Shown here: in pieces, positions 49,386-62,835 of the stretch
Layout of the letters: each line of letters starts with the position of its first letter
Numbering within the stretch: the first letter of the stretch is position 1
Origin: Octopus sinensis
Taxonomy: Eukaryota
Assembly (NCBI RefSeq): GCF_006345805.1
Contig: NC_042999.1
Location: 108,562,001 to 108,626,000 of the forward strand
Reading direction: 5' to 3'
DNA length: 64,000 nucleotides
Position numbers and translations under genes: made by a program
Notes under the pieces: model-generated
Databases searched by the model: none
What the model saw: only the letters and a program-made list of their open reading frames with translations
What the model was told of the DNA's origin: nothing

Positions 49386-50803
49386 GGATATTTAAATTCT
49401 CTCAAAGATTACAAGTTTATGAAATCAAGCAATTTTGCCTATAGTAGTCCTCTACAGATTGGTATGTATGAGAAATTGTCTTTCTACTTTGCTACAAGTT
49501 TTCAATTTGTTTCTTTTTTCTCTCATTCTCCACAATGTTCAGTTGCTACATAAAATCTAGTATTTATAAAAAGAAAATATGACAATTTTATTTGATATTG
49601 TTTATCTAAGTATTGGTTGACCTGTTCAAACAGTTAACCTCATCCTGTGTATTTCTATCTACATATTCGATTATCATTAAGGACCATTTGTTATTTATAT
49701 CTGTATCTTGGCCTCTATAAAGCTGAGATAGAAGGCTGCAATAACTTCTCTCAAAAACAGAGATGTGTAATTGGCTGAACTTCAAAATTTAGTATTACGT
49801 ATTATTAGGGGTAGTAGTGTCAAATACAATACCAATACCTAGTAGTATTTGGTCCTTGAGGACAAACAAACCAGTCTGAGTATTTGAAAATCATTTAATA
49901 GCTATACTTTGTGTGCATATTTACACGTGTTAGTGTGTGTATATCAGTCAGACAGAGAGAGTGGGAAAGATCAAATAAAGAAAACTACATTGGAAATTAG
50001 CCACTTGATTTTACAAACCATCCTTAAAGATCATTTTGCATTCATACACAAAAACCTGATTCCTCTAGAAAAGAATAATATTCCATTTCCTGCCAGTTCT
50101 AAATGTATGTATGCTTACATTGTATGTTACTATCAATTGAAATAACATTCTGATTTCTGGAACAATCTTCACCTAACAAGTGGTAAAATGATAGGAAAAT
50201 AGGAACTTAAAGAGTGAATAATTTACTTACTTCAAAGAGATCTAATCACATAATCAGTTATCAGATACATTTGAGATATCTATAGACACGTTGACACCTA
50301 GCCACTATAATGAATTATGGATCTGATTTGAAGGGACTTTACACCTTCGCATGATGATTCCTTGTCATGCCAACTCGCTTAAATGTCAGCTTTTCTGATT
50401 TGGTCATATTATCTGCCTGCCTGAAATCAGCTTCCTAAAATGTTTAAGTGTGAGCTTAAAAGGAGAAGACTGCCTTGTCAATGAAGAGCAAGTCTTTGAA
50501 TTTAGTTATGCTTCATGCCTGCCTACAACATCTGTTAATATCCCCTGCAGACCTTTCTCTACCTGCAATTAGGGCTTGAAGGGAAGAAATTTTATTTATT
50601 TATTTTACCTTTTATAACAGTGTGTGACGAAGACATTGCAAATGAGCTAGCAGCCATTTTAACCCACAAATATATACACCTCTGCAAAAACCAAATATCA
50701 GCTACCCTTATTCCACTGTAATATTTGTTGACTTTTCAGATTTCAGATTTTTAAAAATATAAAACAGCTCACTGATATAAGGAAAATACTTACAATATCA
50801 TGC

Positions 50804-50835
<32 letters not shown>
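50804..50835. repeat. (TTTC)n microsatellite
   Basis: Direct reading. Confidence 0.95.
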
Positions 50836-51920
50836 GTTATATCTCTTTTACTGTACAGCCTATCTCTGCATCAATTTATATAGCAGTAATATTAGGTATT
50901 CCTACTGAAAAAAATTAACCTCTTCAAAGGAAAAAGAAAAGCAAACATTTCATTCTTTTGTGTCGAACATGTTGATGTTATTACTGAACATAATTATACA
51001 ACACTCTATTTAACATGTCTGCGGCATTCCCCAAGGAAATAATATACAAGCCCAACCTCATAAATAAAAGAATTCTGAATGATTCTTCTAAGTGACCTGA
51101 CTTCACTTTGAATTTATTTATTACTGAATCACAATTAAATATTTAGATGTTAATCATCTATATTCAGTTGAAAGTTTTAGCTGTTAATTAACTGTTTTGT
51201 TCATGGAATGTTTGAAGTAAATCATTATCATTAGTTTTATTCTATTGATCAACAGTCTTTTCTTCTTTCTAAGTAAGCAAGTTTCAAAATTATTTTCTAC
51301 ATCTTTTAATCATCATTCTTTCAAGGTGGATATTAATTTATTCTCTAAGTTCTCAAATTCACATAAATTAATCTTAAAATGTGTATTTGCAGCTGAAGAA
51401 CTAGAACATTTATGTTAAGAAGTGAAGTCTGCACTCAAGTTTAAATTAAATAAGAATAAAATCTTATTTATGTCATATTTGAGTGCTCAAGAAATTAAAT
51501 TTTTTTTCTAAATAAATCTAGTTAAATATGAAAATATTTCATTTCAAGATACTTCTTTAAGAGTTATTTGTATCGGGTAAAATATTTGTTTTAATACTTT
51601 CAACTTCAGAAGATATTCATCCTTTGAGAGTTGATACAATAATTACTTCTTAAGTCCTAGGGTTGATAGGATCAGCTGTTCCAACCCCACCCCCACCAAA
51701 TGAGTGACTTTGTGGTTAAATTAGAAATCAATATTTTTGACTCAAAGAGATTTTAGGTTGTGGTTTATCAAATATTTCTGCTGTATTTTGGCTGTAAATT
51801 CACAAGGTATTTTCATTCAACTCACTCACAGATTTATTGGTTTCCTTGCATCATTTGTATATTTCATCAGTATACACACAAAGATACAAACACATACAAA
51901 GTGAGCTTCACACAGTTTCT

Positions 51921-52279
51921 ATCTTCTTTTACTTTCTTTAATTGTTTCAGTCATTGGACTGCAGGCGTGCTGGGGCACTGTCTCGAATGACTTAGTCAAG
52001 CAAATTGAACCCAGTACTTATTCTATCAGTCCTTTTTGCCAAACTGCTAAGTTACAGGGATATTAACAAATCACCACTAGTTGACAAGCAGTAGAAGAAC
52101 AAACATGCGCATACACACATGCTCACACACACAGGATGGGCTTCCATATAATTTCCATCTTCCACATTCACTCACAAAGCATTGGTCAGCTCAAGAAGCT
52201 GCACAGTAGGATGACTGATCCAGAAACCATATGGTTGCAAAGCAAGCTTGTTAAGCACACAGCCATGCCTGTGCCTACC
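51921..52279 (-). mobile_element. SINE A1, full length, decayed
   Basis: gtttcagtcattggactgc...gtacttattctatc...cacacagccatgcctgtgcctac. Confidence 0.85.
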
Positions 52280-54519
52280 AAATGTAAGTTGTAAGTCCTT
52301 TGCCAACCCAATGCTGGTAGTCAAAGCACTAAGAATTATTGATCAAAATTCAAAATTTTAATCTTCTTATGAATGATTTGGCTGTTAAGAAGCTTTCAAG
52401 ACACTCACCCTGCCTTTACTAACACATGACAGAACAGTAAATTGTGAAGATAAGATATTATTTTGAAAAACACCTATTTACTTTCCTAAGTCCATTAGAT
52501 TTAAGACCTTTTAGGTTTATCAACAAAAACTATGAATATAGCTTCTGTTTTAAGTAATCAGCTTGTAATCTAATGTTATTCCCTGTAACACATCATTTCT
52601 CTGTCCAAAGAAAGGCTCTTAAAACATTTAAAAATAGAACTTGGGTCTTTTTTGCGTTCTATACAAAATGTCATTGTATCATCAACAGCCATTTACTTCT
52701 TATTCTGAATATTTCTTTCCCCCCCAATCCCACCAATCAATGTAAACTTTCTGTTAGCCAAATGAAGTGGAAATATTGTCTTCTGAAAACTCTTCAGATT
52801 TCTCTTCCAACACTTTATAAACTTTTTTCACCATTTATCAGTCTATAGTCAGGAACATTTTCCATGTGTTGATAAAACAAAAATGTTTTTTTATAAACCA
52901 TATCTAAGAGTGGTTTCTTTCATAAAGCTTGTTGAGTTTCTATTTTGTTTGAGACAGAATAATTCTACCATAGTGTCTTTTTTTTTTCAATGTGGTGGAA
53001 ATTAAGTCTCTAGTAATGCAAGCATTGAGAAATATTTAAAATCTATTTCACATATTTATGTGGAATCATAAATCTCTTGTGGAATATTATTTGTTTGTTC
53101 CTAAATTTAAAAACTCTCACATTTACTACTGAGATTTTTTCTCTTCTTGTTGATGTTATCTTACATCTAAAAATTGTCTGCAGCAGGTGCTTGTTTGTGA
53201 TTTGTTATTTCATTAATACCAAGTTATTTGTCGAAAAATTCTGTCCATTACTAAACTAGATTTATTTTATAAACTTTGTTTTATTTTGCTTTTTAAAAAT
53301 TATCTGCCTTGCATATAAATCTGAGTTAATCTGAGTACGTGGGCCAGTAGCAATGATCTTTGCTGGCCCACCCATTGTGATGTTGATGCTTAGCTTAAAT
53401 TTCTACAGATTGATGTATACTAGGAAATCTGGACACAAAGTAAGTTCTGGAATACTGTAGTTCTAGAGATAAAGGTTTAAGTAAAATGCCCAGTTTGGAG
53501 TTTTGAGGGTAAGATTCAGTAGGGGGATGACAGAAGAAAGCAGCAAGTAAAATAGGTGGTTTGGGTGGTCTTAGTGACACAGATTGCTAGTTTAGTAGAG
53601 CACAAAATATTGTGGTAGCAATTTAACAGTCGGAGAGGGAAAACACACAAAGTTTTCCTCAGGTCCATTGTTCATGGCTATAAACTAAGACATGAGTCAA
53701 AACTATAAATATTATTCTTAACAAGAATGAATCATCTTCCTCTTTATTACAGATATCATTTTAATTCATTTAAAGATTTTGGGATCACTATCTTAATCCC
53801 CATCACCAGCCTTGTATGTTAGATATATACCATTATTCAAGTAGTTTTTTTACTTTTTATTCTTGACATTCAGTATTTGAGATGGCCCAGTGAAATTAGT
53901 TGTTAGAGTAAACATGCATGGAGCAAATTCCAAGAGGAATGAAGTTCTAAAGTTGAAAAGTTAAGGAAGGAAATTAATACAGAATCAAAAGAAATGAAGA
54001 GGGGATGGGAATGCAACAAGTGGATTTTGGTATGGATAACACAAGGGTTGGAAATTCATTAGAGCTGAGATCAGAGGAAGGCATATTTCTGTGGGGAACT
54101 AGTAGTTAATATTCATTAAGAGAACAACCTTTGCCCAAGTGCAGCCTAAATGATTGTGATTGTGGCTAGAGCACAATTTGACTAAATGAGCAGATCCTAT
54201 CTGGAAATAAGAAATTCGTTGAAAACTGTTACGGATAGACTAATTAATTAACTGGTGTATTTTTCACTCATAAATATTTGCAGTGTATCATAGTGTGCTT
54301 TTCATTTTCTTTGCTTTTATTACTTGTAGAAGAGCTACTGTAAGACTCTGACCTAATCACCACTTGCATGGAGATTAGGAAAGTTTAGAGAGGGAAAGGA
54401 GTACATTGTTATGTTGAGAAAATGTCAGTGAGATACTGAAATAGTGTTTAGTTGTTTGGGTGGAGGAAAAAGAGTCGCCAAAAATCCTGTCAAATTTCAC
54501 TGGTTTTTCCTGTGAAATT

Positions 54520-54918
54520 ACATCTGGTTTTCCCAGCTTACATGGATTGGATGAACATTTTGAGGCATTGTTTTACAGCCTGATGCACTTTCTGACACTA
54601 ACCCATACCTGTTTTTCAATAAGTGATCTCTTATTTTACACGGCTTCAAAGATATGAAGTGACTGGGCAATTTGTTGACAGGAGAAACTGACAGTACCAC
54701 TGTGCACTGCACCATTGAAACAATCACAAATGTAAGCAAACACGCAGATACACACACACACATATCTATACAACTGTCTTTTTTTCAGGTTCCTTCTACC
54801 AAATCCACTCATGGCTTTGGTTTGCCAGAAGCTATTGTAAAAGACACTTGAATAAGGTGTTGTTCACTAAGACTGGACCCAAAACTATGTGGTGGGGAAA
54901 TTACCATACAACCATGCT
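54520..54918 (-). mobile_element. SINE A2, decayed
   Basis: A head at 54790-54918; gatgcactttctgacactaacc tail block near 54580. Confidence 0.65.
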
Positions 54919-55549
54919 TAGCTTGAAACATCTGGAAACAACTAAAAAAAAAAAAATAGTACTTTATCTTTTAATTCAACTTCATTGCTCCCAACATACT
55001 TGGTAATTTTCATGTCTCCAGTTTATGCCATTACATGCACCAGAAAGTAAAGTAGTACTTAGAGTAGTTCTGATAATAAATTGGGTTGGCTGGTTGGTGA
55101 TACCTAGAAAACCATTAAGTTGTAGTTGTAAAACTAAGACTTCAATTTTGTATGATATATCTAGGGCAAGTCAGCTTGGCAAACCCATATTTTTCTAAAC
55201 TATCCCCATAGGAGTTGTCGAACTCAGATCTGCTAGCTTACAATATACTCATAAATTTAAAGGTGTGCTGCTACTGTTGCTGGATAGAGCAATATGTTAT
55301 TCTTACACTGCTAGGACCATTTTGCTACTGAGCAGAGCCATAGACCATTTCAGAGTAATATCTTGTTCATAGTCACTGTACCAGTTATAAAATATGGACT
55401 GCTAATCTTTCAGCAGGTGGTCTGCAACCCTATCAAATCAGCCAGCCACACACAGGCTTATATTTTAAGATCAATATTTCTTCGTCTGTGAACATGCCTT
55501 AATATAAGTGTTGCAATCCTGTTGATATATTTGCTTTCTAGGCAGTCTC

Positions 55550-55700
55550 TATATGAATGCTCAACCTGCTAGAATTAGCACCCGGTTCTCCTTCAAATCA
55601 CATTCTAATATTTAAAAAAAATAAATAAAAATAAGAACACTGTTAATAAGACAGGGTTGCCATATGTTCTGTTTGGTCAAGACTGACTTGGGTTAAACAA
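55550..55700 (+). mobile_element. Family E
   Basis: tcaacctgctagaattagc...ttcaaatcac...gactgacttgggttaaacaa. Confidence 0.65.
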
Positions 55701-55749
55701 TTACAAATTTTTATGAAGGACTGTATGTTATACATGTGTTTATCTAGCT

Positions 55750-56052
55750 CAGGGTTTCTCAACCAATTTTTATCAATGGTCCCCTTTGATCACTGTTTTA
55801 TTCTGGTGGACCCCATCGCCAGTCCATATTTAAAAACTAGTTTTATAGAAACTTCTTTCAAAATTCTTATTTTGTTTTTCACACATTAACTTGTGTAGAG
55901 GTTGAACTATGGAAAACATCCAAGAAGAAACAGTGAAGTTTCTTGCAATACATATCAATATATAAACATTGAAAGCAAAATATTTTTCAGGTGCCTTAAG
56001 TTACTGTTTTGCTGCATGGACCCCACACAAAAATCCTATATGAGAACTACTG
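55750..56052. mobile_element. hAT (Charlie-like) MITE
   Basis: TIRs cagggtttctca / tgagaactactg; flanks atctagct and atcaggct (6/8); same termini as 27911-28168 with a different interior. Confidence 0.75.
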
Positions 56053-59019
56053 ATCAGGCTATTGTAAAGTTTTGAAAACAAATGTTTAAATTTATATGAT
56101 TGTAGTTGTTTTCTTTGCAGTAGTTGAAATAAATTATATATACTGAAAGATTTTTAGGAATATATATTATATTGTTCTCATATATTTCTTTTGAAATCAT
56201 CTTTATAGTTAAGCTAATCAGTTATTTAATATATAGAAAAATGATACTATTATAAATTAAAAAAAAAACCCTTATTGGATTAGCACATTTTTACATTTCA
56301 TAATAAAAGTTAACTTTTATAGTTATTTCAGAATAAATCCCTTTCTTTTAATGTATTATTTAATTGTGGTGTGTGTGAAAGAGAGAGAAAGAATGAGTGT
56401 GAGAGAGAATGTATGGGTATGTATGTGTACATGCTTACACGTGGGTTTGCTTATAAATAGATAAAATAAATAATCTTGATTCTCTTAATGGATGTAGTCA
56501 TATGTTGAAATTATATTTTCATTCTTATTTATATATGTATATTTCTTTACCATTTTTCATAGTTACTCTACTTCCACTATGTTTGTGGGATTTCACTCAC
56601 ATGCTGTCATTAATAGCATTACTATCAAAATAAAACTATTGTATCATTATACTAAAGCTTGCCCTAGTAAAACCTCTCTCTATTACTCACACACAAGCAC
56701 ACACTTCACTACTGCTGGAGTAGCAGGAGCATTTGTAGATAAGCTATATTTGAAAAGAAGCTGACTGTGTATGTGATAGTTAATACAGGAAGTTCTTTGT
56801 AGCTGCCCCACCCCCTGATACTTTCTTCTTTGCCTCTCTATTACCACTACCCACTGTTCTTACAGGAGGTGTGGGTCTAGCTCAAGTACCAGTCTATCTG
56901 CTTTCCTGTCTGTCAGTAAGCTCCTCCTAACTAACTCAATGAATTCTGTCAACTTCACCTCTGGCACTACAGCTTACAATACCACTATTTTGTACCCCAC
57001 CGATGGCTGTATGTATTCATCAGTTTTCATTCTGTGCTAACATGTTTCCTTTCTTAACAAGTAATATACGGTTGCTTTATTTAATAACATGAAGTAAGAA
57101 AACAAACTTATGTGAATTCCTTTTGGTTCATTGGCAATGAGAGCAACCAACCACTGGTTTCGGAGAAAGAAAAAAGTTTATTTAAAGTTATTCACCTGAA
57201 AGTTATATTCTAAATGGGATAAAAGAAAAACCCCAAACAAAAGCAAAAACTAAATAGACAAACGCTAAAAACATAGAAGAAGGTGGATCCATATAAATAA
57301 TAAAATGACAAATAATACTGGAACTATTTGGATCTTTAAAAAGAAAAGAAAAGAAGCAAAGCATCAAAATACTTTCCCAAGGAATTTTATAAATTGAATG
57401 GATTTATTAAATGAAAATCTTCCTCATTACATGTTGAAGTTGTTTTCAAAAGCAAAGGTATATGTATACACATTTCCAGGTGTCCTCGGAATTTTATTTG
57501 TTATTTCAATGAATATTTTTAATAACAATTCATACAGATTCAACTTGTAAAAAAAAGAAGCTTTAAAAAATCAGTGTTATATATTTTCAAATGTAATTGA
57601 AAATTTGCAAACAAGTAATATTTACTAGAAATATTTATTTTAATTATACTCTTTCAAAATACACTTCAAAAAATTATTTTGATTCAAGAAAAAAAACCTT
57701 AAACTTCACAGATACTTATGGGCATTATGAAAGAGATGTGAAAACCGTACCAAACTTTTAATAGCCAGCTCACAGCGAGTATGTTTTGCATTTAGATATT
57801 AAGATAAAGGATTTTAAAGCTTTCCAAATATAATAGCAAACTTTGGTTTCCAAATTTCAAATCAGAAAAAAAAGGGGAAAGAACCAAATATCACAGGGGG
57901 AAAAAAAAAACAGTTGGATCATTTTGTTTTTTACATACTCACACACAAACACCCACCCTATTAAAAAACAATGAGAAGAAAGAGAGAGAGAAAGAGGAGA
58001 AAGAAGAAAAATAAGTAAACTAATTCACATGTTTATAGTTTTATAAATTTTAAAAAAAATTCTAAACCTCTTTATTATCTTTACTTAATGAGCTGAAGTT
58101 TAATAACACAATATTATCTCACACTTTAAAGCCATAAGGAAAGTCATTCAAGTTGTACCCAGGCCAACTGTTGTTACCTGTCTTGTTCTCATTAACTCAG
58201 TCACCTAGTCTACTTAATTGTTTTTTGTTTTCCTTTTCCTCTACTTCCCCCTTCTCTCTCTCTTTCTCAAATTAAACTTATCAGGGCTTCTATGCTGGTG
58301 ATATAGTTTGATTTAATCACTTACTTTAATAGATGACTAAACTGCTATTGCTAATCTCTTTTACAGACTAAGTAAATTGTACATTTAACTAGTTGGATGT
58401 TATAGTGCCTTTTGAAAGGGTCTTATAATCATTTTTCTGTTGGTTCGACAACAGAAAAATATGGTCAATTTCATCTGATAGGATACCTTTCAACTGCTAA
58501 GTGGAAATTATATGAGGGCAGTAATTATTAATTTTCGTTGTTTTGATTTTCTTACCACCTGCACACAGGTATGTAGGTATTTTAAAGAAACAGTCTGATA
58601 GGTTTCATCATTTTTGTAATTAGTGCCTTAATAACATTATGTTAAATTTATAAAATAATAACAATAAATAAGTTTAAGGAGTTGACATTTTAAAGAAGTT
58701 AATGCAGTATTAATTATTGAAAACTGAACTAAGTATAAAAACATTTCCAAACACTACTTTTTTGAAACAGGTTGCTGCACTTCTGACTTGTTGCATTTAC
58801 ATACTGTTACTTGTTTAAAGTATTTACAGCCTCATCTGTCGCTACTTCTAGCATGGATAATGCATCACTATACGTATCTAGTAAAATATAACTTACAAAA
58901 TTATTTCTTGTGGTAACAACTTAAGACATATAACTCAATTATCGAAATAATTATTCACTCGTATCATAAAAGGTGTTTTTGTCTTTCTTATTTTTTCTTA
59001 CTCCTTTAGAGAACTATAC

Positions 59020-59150
59020 ACACACATATACATACATACACACATACTCACACACACTCACAACATATATATATATATATATATATACACACGTGTGTGT
59101 GTGTGTGCATGTATATGTGTATGTATGTACATACAAGTGTGTCTGTATGT
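59020..59150. repeat. (CA)/(TA)/(TG) compound microsatellite
   Basis: Direct reading. Confidence 0.95.
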
Positions 59151-59764
59151 ACGTATTGTAGCTGAAAACGTTTCTTTGTTTTATTGTTGTATTTTTTTTA
59201 GTGAAAATGGGCTGGGAAAGTATTCTGTAACAGGAAAGAGAACTTTGTGGAGGAGGGGTGGGGGACGTGAGAAAGTAGGCTATTTTGAAATAATGTAGAG
59301 TCTCTAAATGGAGGAAAGGGTGGTGCAAAATGGTAAATCATTCAGAATGAACAGCATGAATGGAATCTTTATTGTTAGTATATATATATATACTTATATA
59401 TATATATGAGAAATGTGAGGTGAACTATTTCAAAACAAATTTTGAAGTATTTATTCTTTGATAAATACTTAATGTAGATAAAGATTTCCTATAATTCTTA
59501 TAAGCTATGAAAATTGGGCACATAATTTTGACATTTGAGTAAGAATATATATTTTTTTAAAACTTGATATGACCTAATATCCCATTGACACAAATTCATT
59601 TCACTTCATCCATCATCTCATGTTATTCTTCTATATAGTCCACATGTCTTTCAAATTACATAGCTACAAGTTTACTTGCTGCATTTATATGATGTACATA
59701 TTAAAAACACAATTTTATTTCAAATGATCGTAAATATTGTCAACTTATAGTTAATATAATCAAA

Positions 59765-61193
59765 ATGGGTAATAAGTCTTCATTACTCTATGAACGACAG
59801 GCTGAGTTATCAGGTGAAAGACGAGATCGAAGCTGGTCTTTTACAGGCAATATGGGTTCACCAACATTGTCTGGTTTAAAAGCTTCAAGAAGTCGAGCAA
59901 TGTCTTTGTCTCAAAATCCTAGGCAATCTGGTAATTCCCAGAAACACCTTAGGCTACCTGGTCACTTACATATATCTAGTCCATTGGAAATACAATCAAA
60001 AATTAATTCCATGGATTCTATGCGCTTAGTATCTAGCAGTTCTTTAACTAATGTTAATCAACCACATTCATGGACTCTTGGAAAATCTGATGCATGGGAT
60101 TCACCATGCATCAAGAATCACCATGCAAGAAATGCTAATACTCAACAACAACAACAATTCCAAAATTGGTCAAGCAAGTATGCCACCAATAAAAAGCTGG
60201 ACTTGCAAAATGAGAAGAAAGTAAGCATTAAAAAGCGATCAGCTCATGCAAGCGATAGCAACAAACAACCTGTTTGTTCTTCCCACCAGAATTCTGTACA
60301 AATGCAGTGTTGTTCTGATGATGTGTTAGATATAAAAGAAGATATTCTCTATGAAGGATTCAGACCTCGAACTAACTCAACATCAATCATAGAAATGGGT
60401 AGGAAACATCGCAGTCGTGTTGTAATGGGAGCTGCCAGTGCTAATCTTCGAAGACAGCTACATACAAGCCATACAGCCATTGACAAAAATTCTCAAGATT
60501 CTCCCAAAAATATGAATCATTGTGCTGGAGATTATGTTGAACTTGATCCTCGGCAAACAATGTTTCATGAGCAACAGAATTTTACCAATGAACAAGTATA
60601 CTTGCGGAAAGAAGGCAGATCTAGGGCAATGAATGAAAATAAGACTATAGATGATGTTTGTTTTCAACTGCCACCAACAAACACTTCTAGGACTACTCTT
60701 ACACCAAAACTTTGGGCAGGTAAAACTCTTCTTCCAGATATTCATGAAGAAAAAATTCTAAGTTCTAGTGTGCCAAATTGCAATTATGACTCCTTACTTA
60801 AGAATATTCCACAACAGAAGAGTCCAGGTATTTCTCCACTTACTCATGGCATTTCTTCAGTGAGAAACACTGATTTTATGAGGAAAAGAAGTTGTAGCAT
60901 ATCACATACTCCAGAATTTAGTGCACATCAGCAAATGCATTGGAATCTACCTCCAAATGCATTTGGAGAAGTTAATAACCGAGAAATTCTCATTCATTAT
61001 AGCCCATCTTCGGTGCGCAAATTTCCTAGAAAATTATCTGTTCCAATATTAATGACACCTAAAACTAGAATTGTTCCGGATAAGGAACGACTGTGGAATT
61101 ATAATGTGACTCTTGGTGATTCTTGTCCTAATCTTACCATTTCATCAAATAATAGCCCTGGACATGGACTTTACCTGAGCCAGAACAATAAAG
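59765..61193 (+). CDS. Large coding exon (476 codons + 1 nt) of an unidentified host gene; Ser/Asn/Gln-rich, probably disordered N-terminal region, N-myristoylation-type start MGNKSS
   Basis: Stop-free frame of 485 codons in very AT-rich DNA where no other non-repeat ORF exceeds ~125 aa. Good start context aaaATGG; in-frame upstream stop at 59702. Possible acceptor ttatag| at 59750. Donor AAAG|GTAAAC at 61194, followed by T-rich intron-like sequence. No recognisable globular domain. Confidence 0.88.
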
Positions 61194-61406
61194 GTAAACT
61201 TCTTTATTTAATTTTCCTTTAATAAATTAGAAAATTATAACTTGCATTGAAATCACCTTTGTATCCTTTTTTCTTAATGCAGCAAAATAATTTTGATATA
61301 TATTTTAGTGCTACCTGGTAGAAGATGACGCTGAAGAGCAGAAATTTTAATGTCAATATGCATACATGATTTTTCAATATTTTTTATTTTTTAAATGATA
61401 CTAGAG

Positions 61407-61466
<60 letters not shown>
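61407..61466. repeat. (ATT)20 microsatellite
   Basis: Direct reading. Confidence 0.98.
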
Positions 61467-61468
<2 letters not shown>

Positions 61469-61934
61469 GAAAGCAAGTGAGCAGAATTGTTAGCACACTG
61501 AACAAAATGCTTAGGGACATTTCTTCCAGCTTTATGTTCTGGGTTCAAATTTTACCAAGGCTGACTTTGCCTTTCTTCTTTTAGGGTCAAGAAGATAAGT
61601 GCCAGTTGAGTACTGGAGTTGATATTAATCAACTAGCTCCGCTCCCTAAATTTCAGGTCTTTTGCCTATAGTAGAAAGGATTATTATTATTATTATTATA
61701 ATTGTTAAGGCAATGAACTGTCAGAATCATTAGCATGCCAGGCAAAATGCTTAGCAGCATTTCGTCCCTCTTTACATTCTGAGTTCAAATTCCACCAAGG
61801 TCACCTTTGCCTTTCAGCTTTCAGAGTCAATTAAATAAATACCAAGTATGCACTAAGGTCAATGTAATCGACTTAATCTTCTCCCCCAAGCTGCCCTTGC
61901 ACAAAAATTTGAAATCCTTATTATTATCATTATA
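61467..61934 (+). mobile_element. Two tandem SINE B copies (61467-61698 tail B3; 61706-61934 tail B1)
   Basis: Each has gcagaat..ttagca..aaatgcttag..gttcaaatt head and an (ATT) tail. Confidence 0.88.
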
Positions 61935-62573
61935 CATTTTGCTCTGTGTGAATGCATACATTGAATATTCCACTATATTCACTATAAAACTATATCCTAT
62001 AACCACACTTCTTGTTAATATTCTAATTTATGCAAAAAAGCTGTAACTACCTAAATTGTATAATTACCTATAAAACATAACAATACCAGTTTTGATCTGT
62101 AATTTATAATTATTTACTCATAAGCAGTCTCTTGACTTTATTATTTTATTATTATTATATCATCATCATTATTATCATTACCTATTTTTTATTTATTCAC
62201 TTTTGTCTCTTAAATTAATTGTATTTTTCTACCTTAAGAAAGGTTTACAAATACTTTTATGTCTGTTGTAAAACAGTGAAGTAGCTTCATGATAAAACAT
62301 TAAAACTGTTCTCATCACATCAGGATTTTTTCATACTTGTTTTAAACTTTTTCAATTTAAATGATACACTAGTGAAGGTATCAATTTTCCATGACATAAA
62401 ATGGATGTCATTCTTATCATTTTGTCAAGGAAGTAATAAAAAACAAAGAAAATAAAATAATTTTTAAATGTATTAAAATGTCACTAGAGAAACTTATTAA
62501 AACTCCCTCTGCCTCCCTCTCTCTCTCACTATATATATATATATATAATATATATATATATATAATTATCACT

Positions 62574-62790
62574 ATCATCATTTAATGTCTATTTTACATG
62601 CTGGCATGGGCTGGATGGTTTGACTGGAACTGGTAAAGCCAGGAGCTGCACCAAGTTCCATTGTCTGTTCTGACATAGTTTCTATGACTGGATGCCCTTC
62701 CTAATGCCAACCATTCCACAGAGTGTACTGGGTACTTTTTATATGGCATCAGCACCAGTGCTTTTAACATGGCACCAACACCAGTACCAG
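62574..62790 (-). mobile_element. RTE-LINE 3' tail
   Basis: (CAT) tail, catgctggcatggg, gatgcccttcctaatgccaacc. Confidence 0.88.
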
Positions 62791-62800
62791 TATGTATATG

Positions 62801-62835
<35 letters not shown>

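Noticed and set aside
59765-59850. Assignment of the exon to AMPK-beta (MGNTSS...) or ZNRF1/2 (MGAKQS...RTRAYS)
   Set aside because: Only the myristoyl plus RxRxxS layout is similar. The region is far longer than in those proteins and no diagnostic domain is in the window, so no gene symbol is given.
60458-60745. 95-aa antisense ORF
   Set aside because: Shadow of the real + strand exon.
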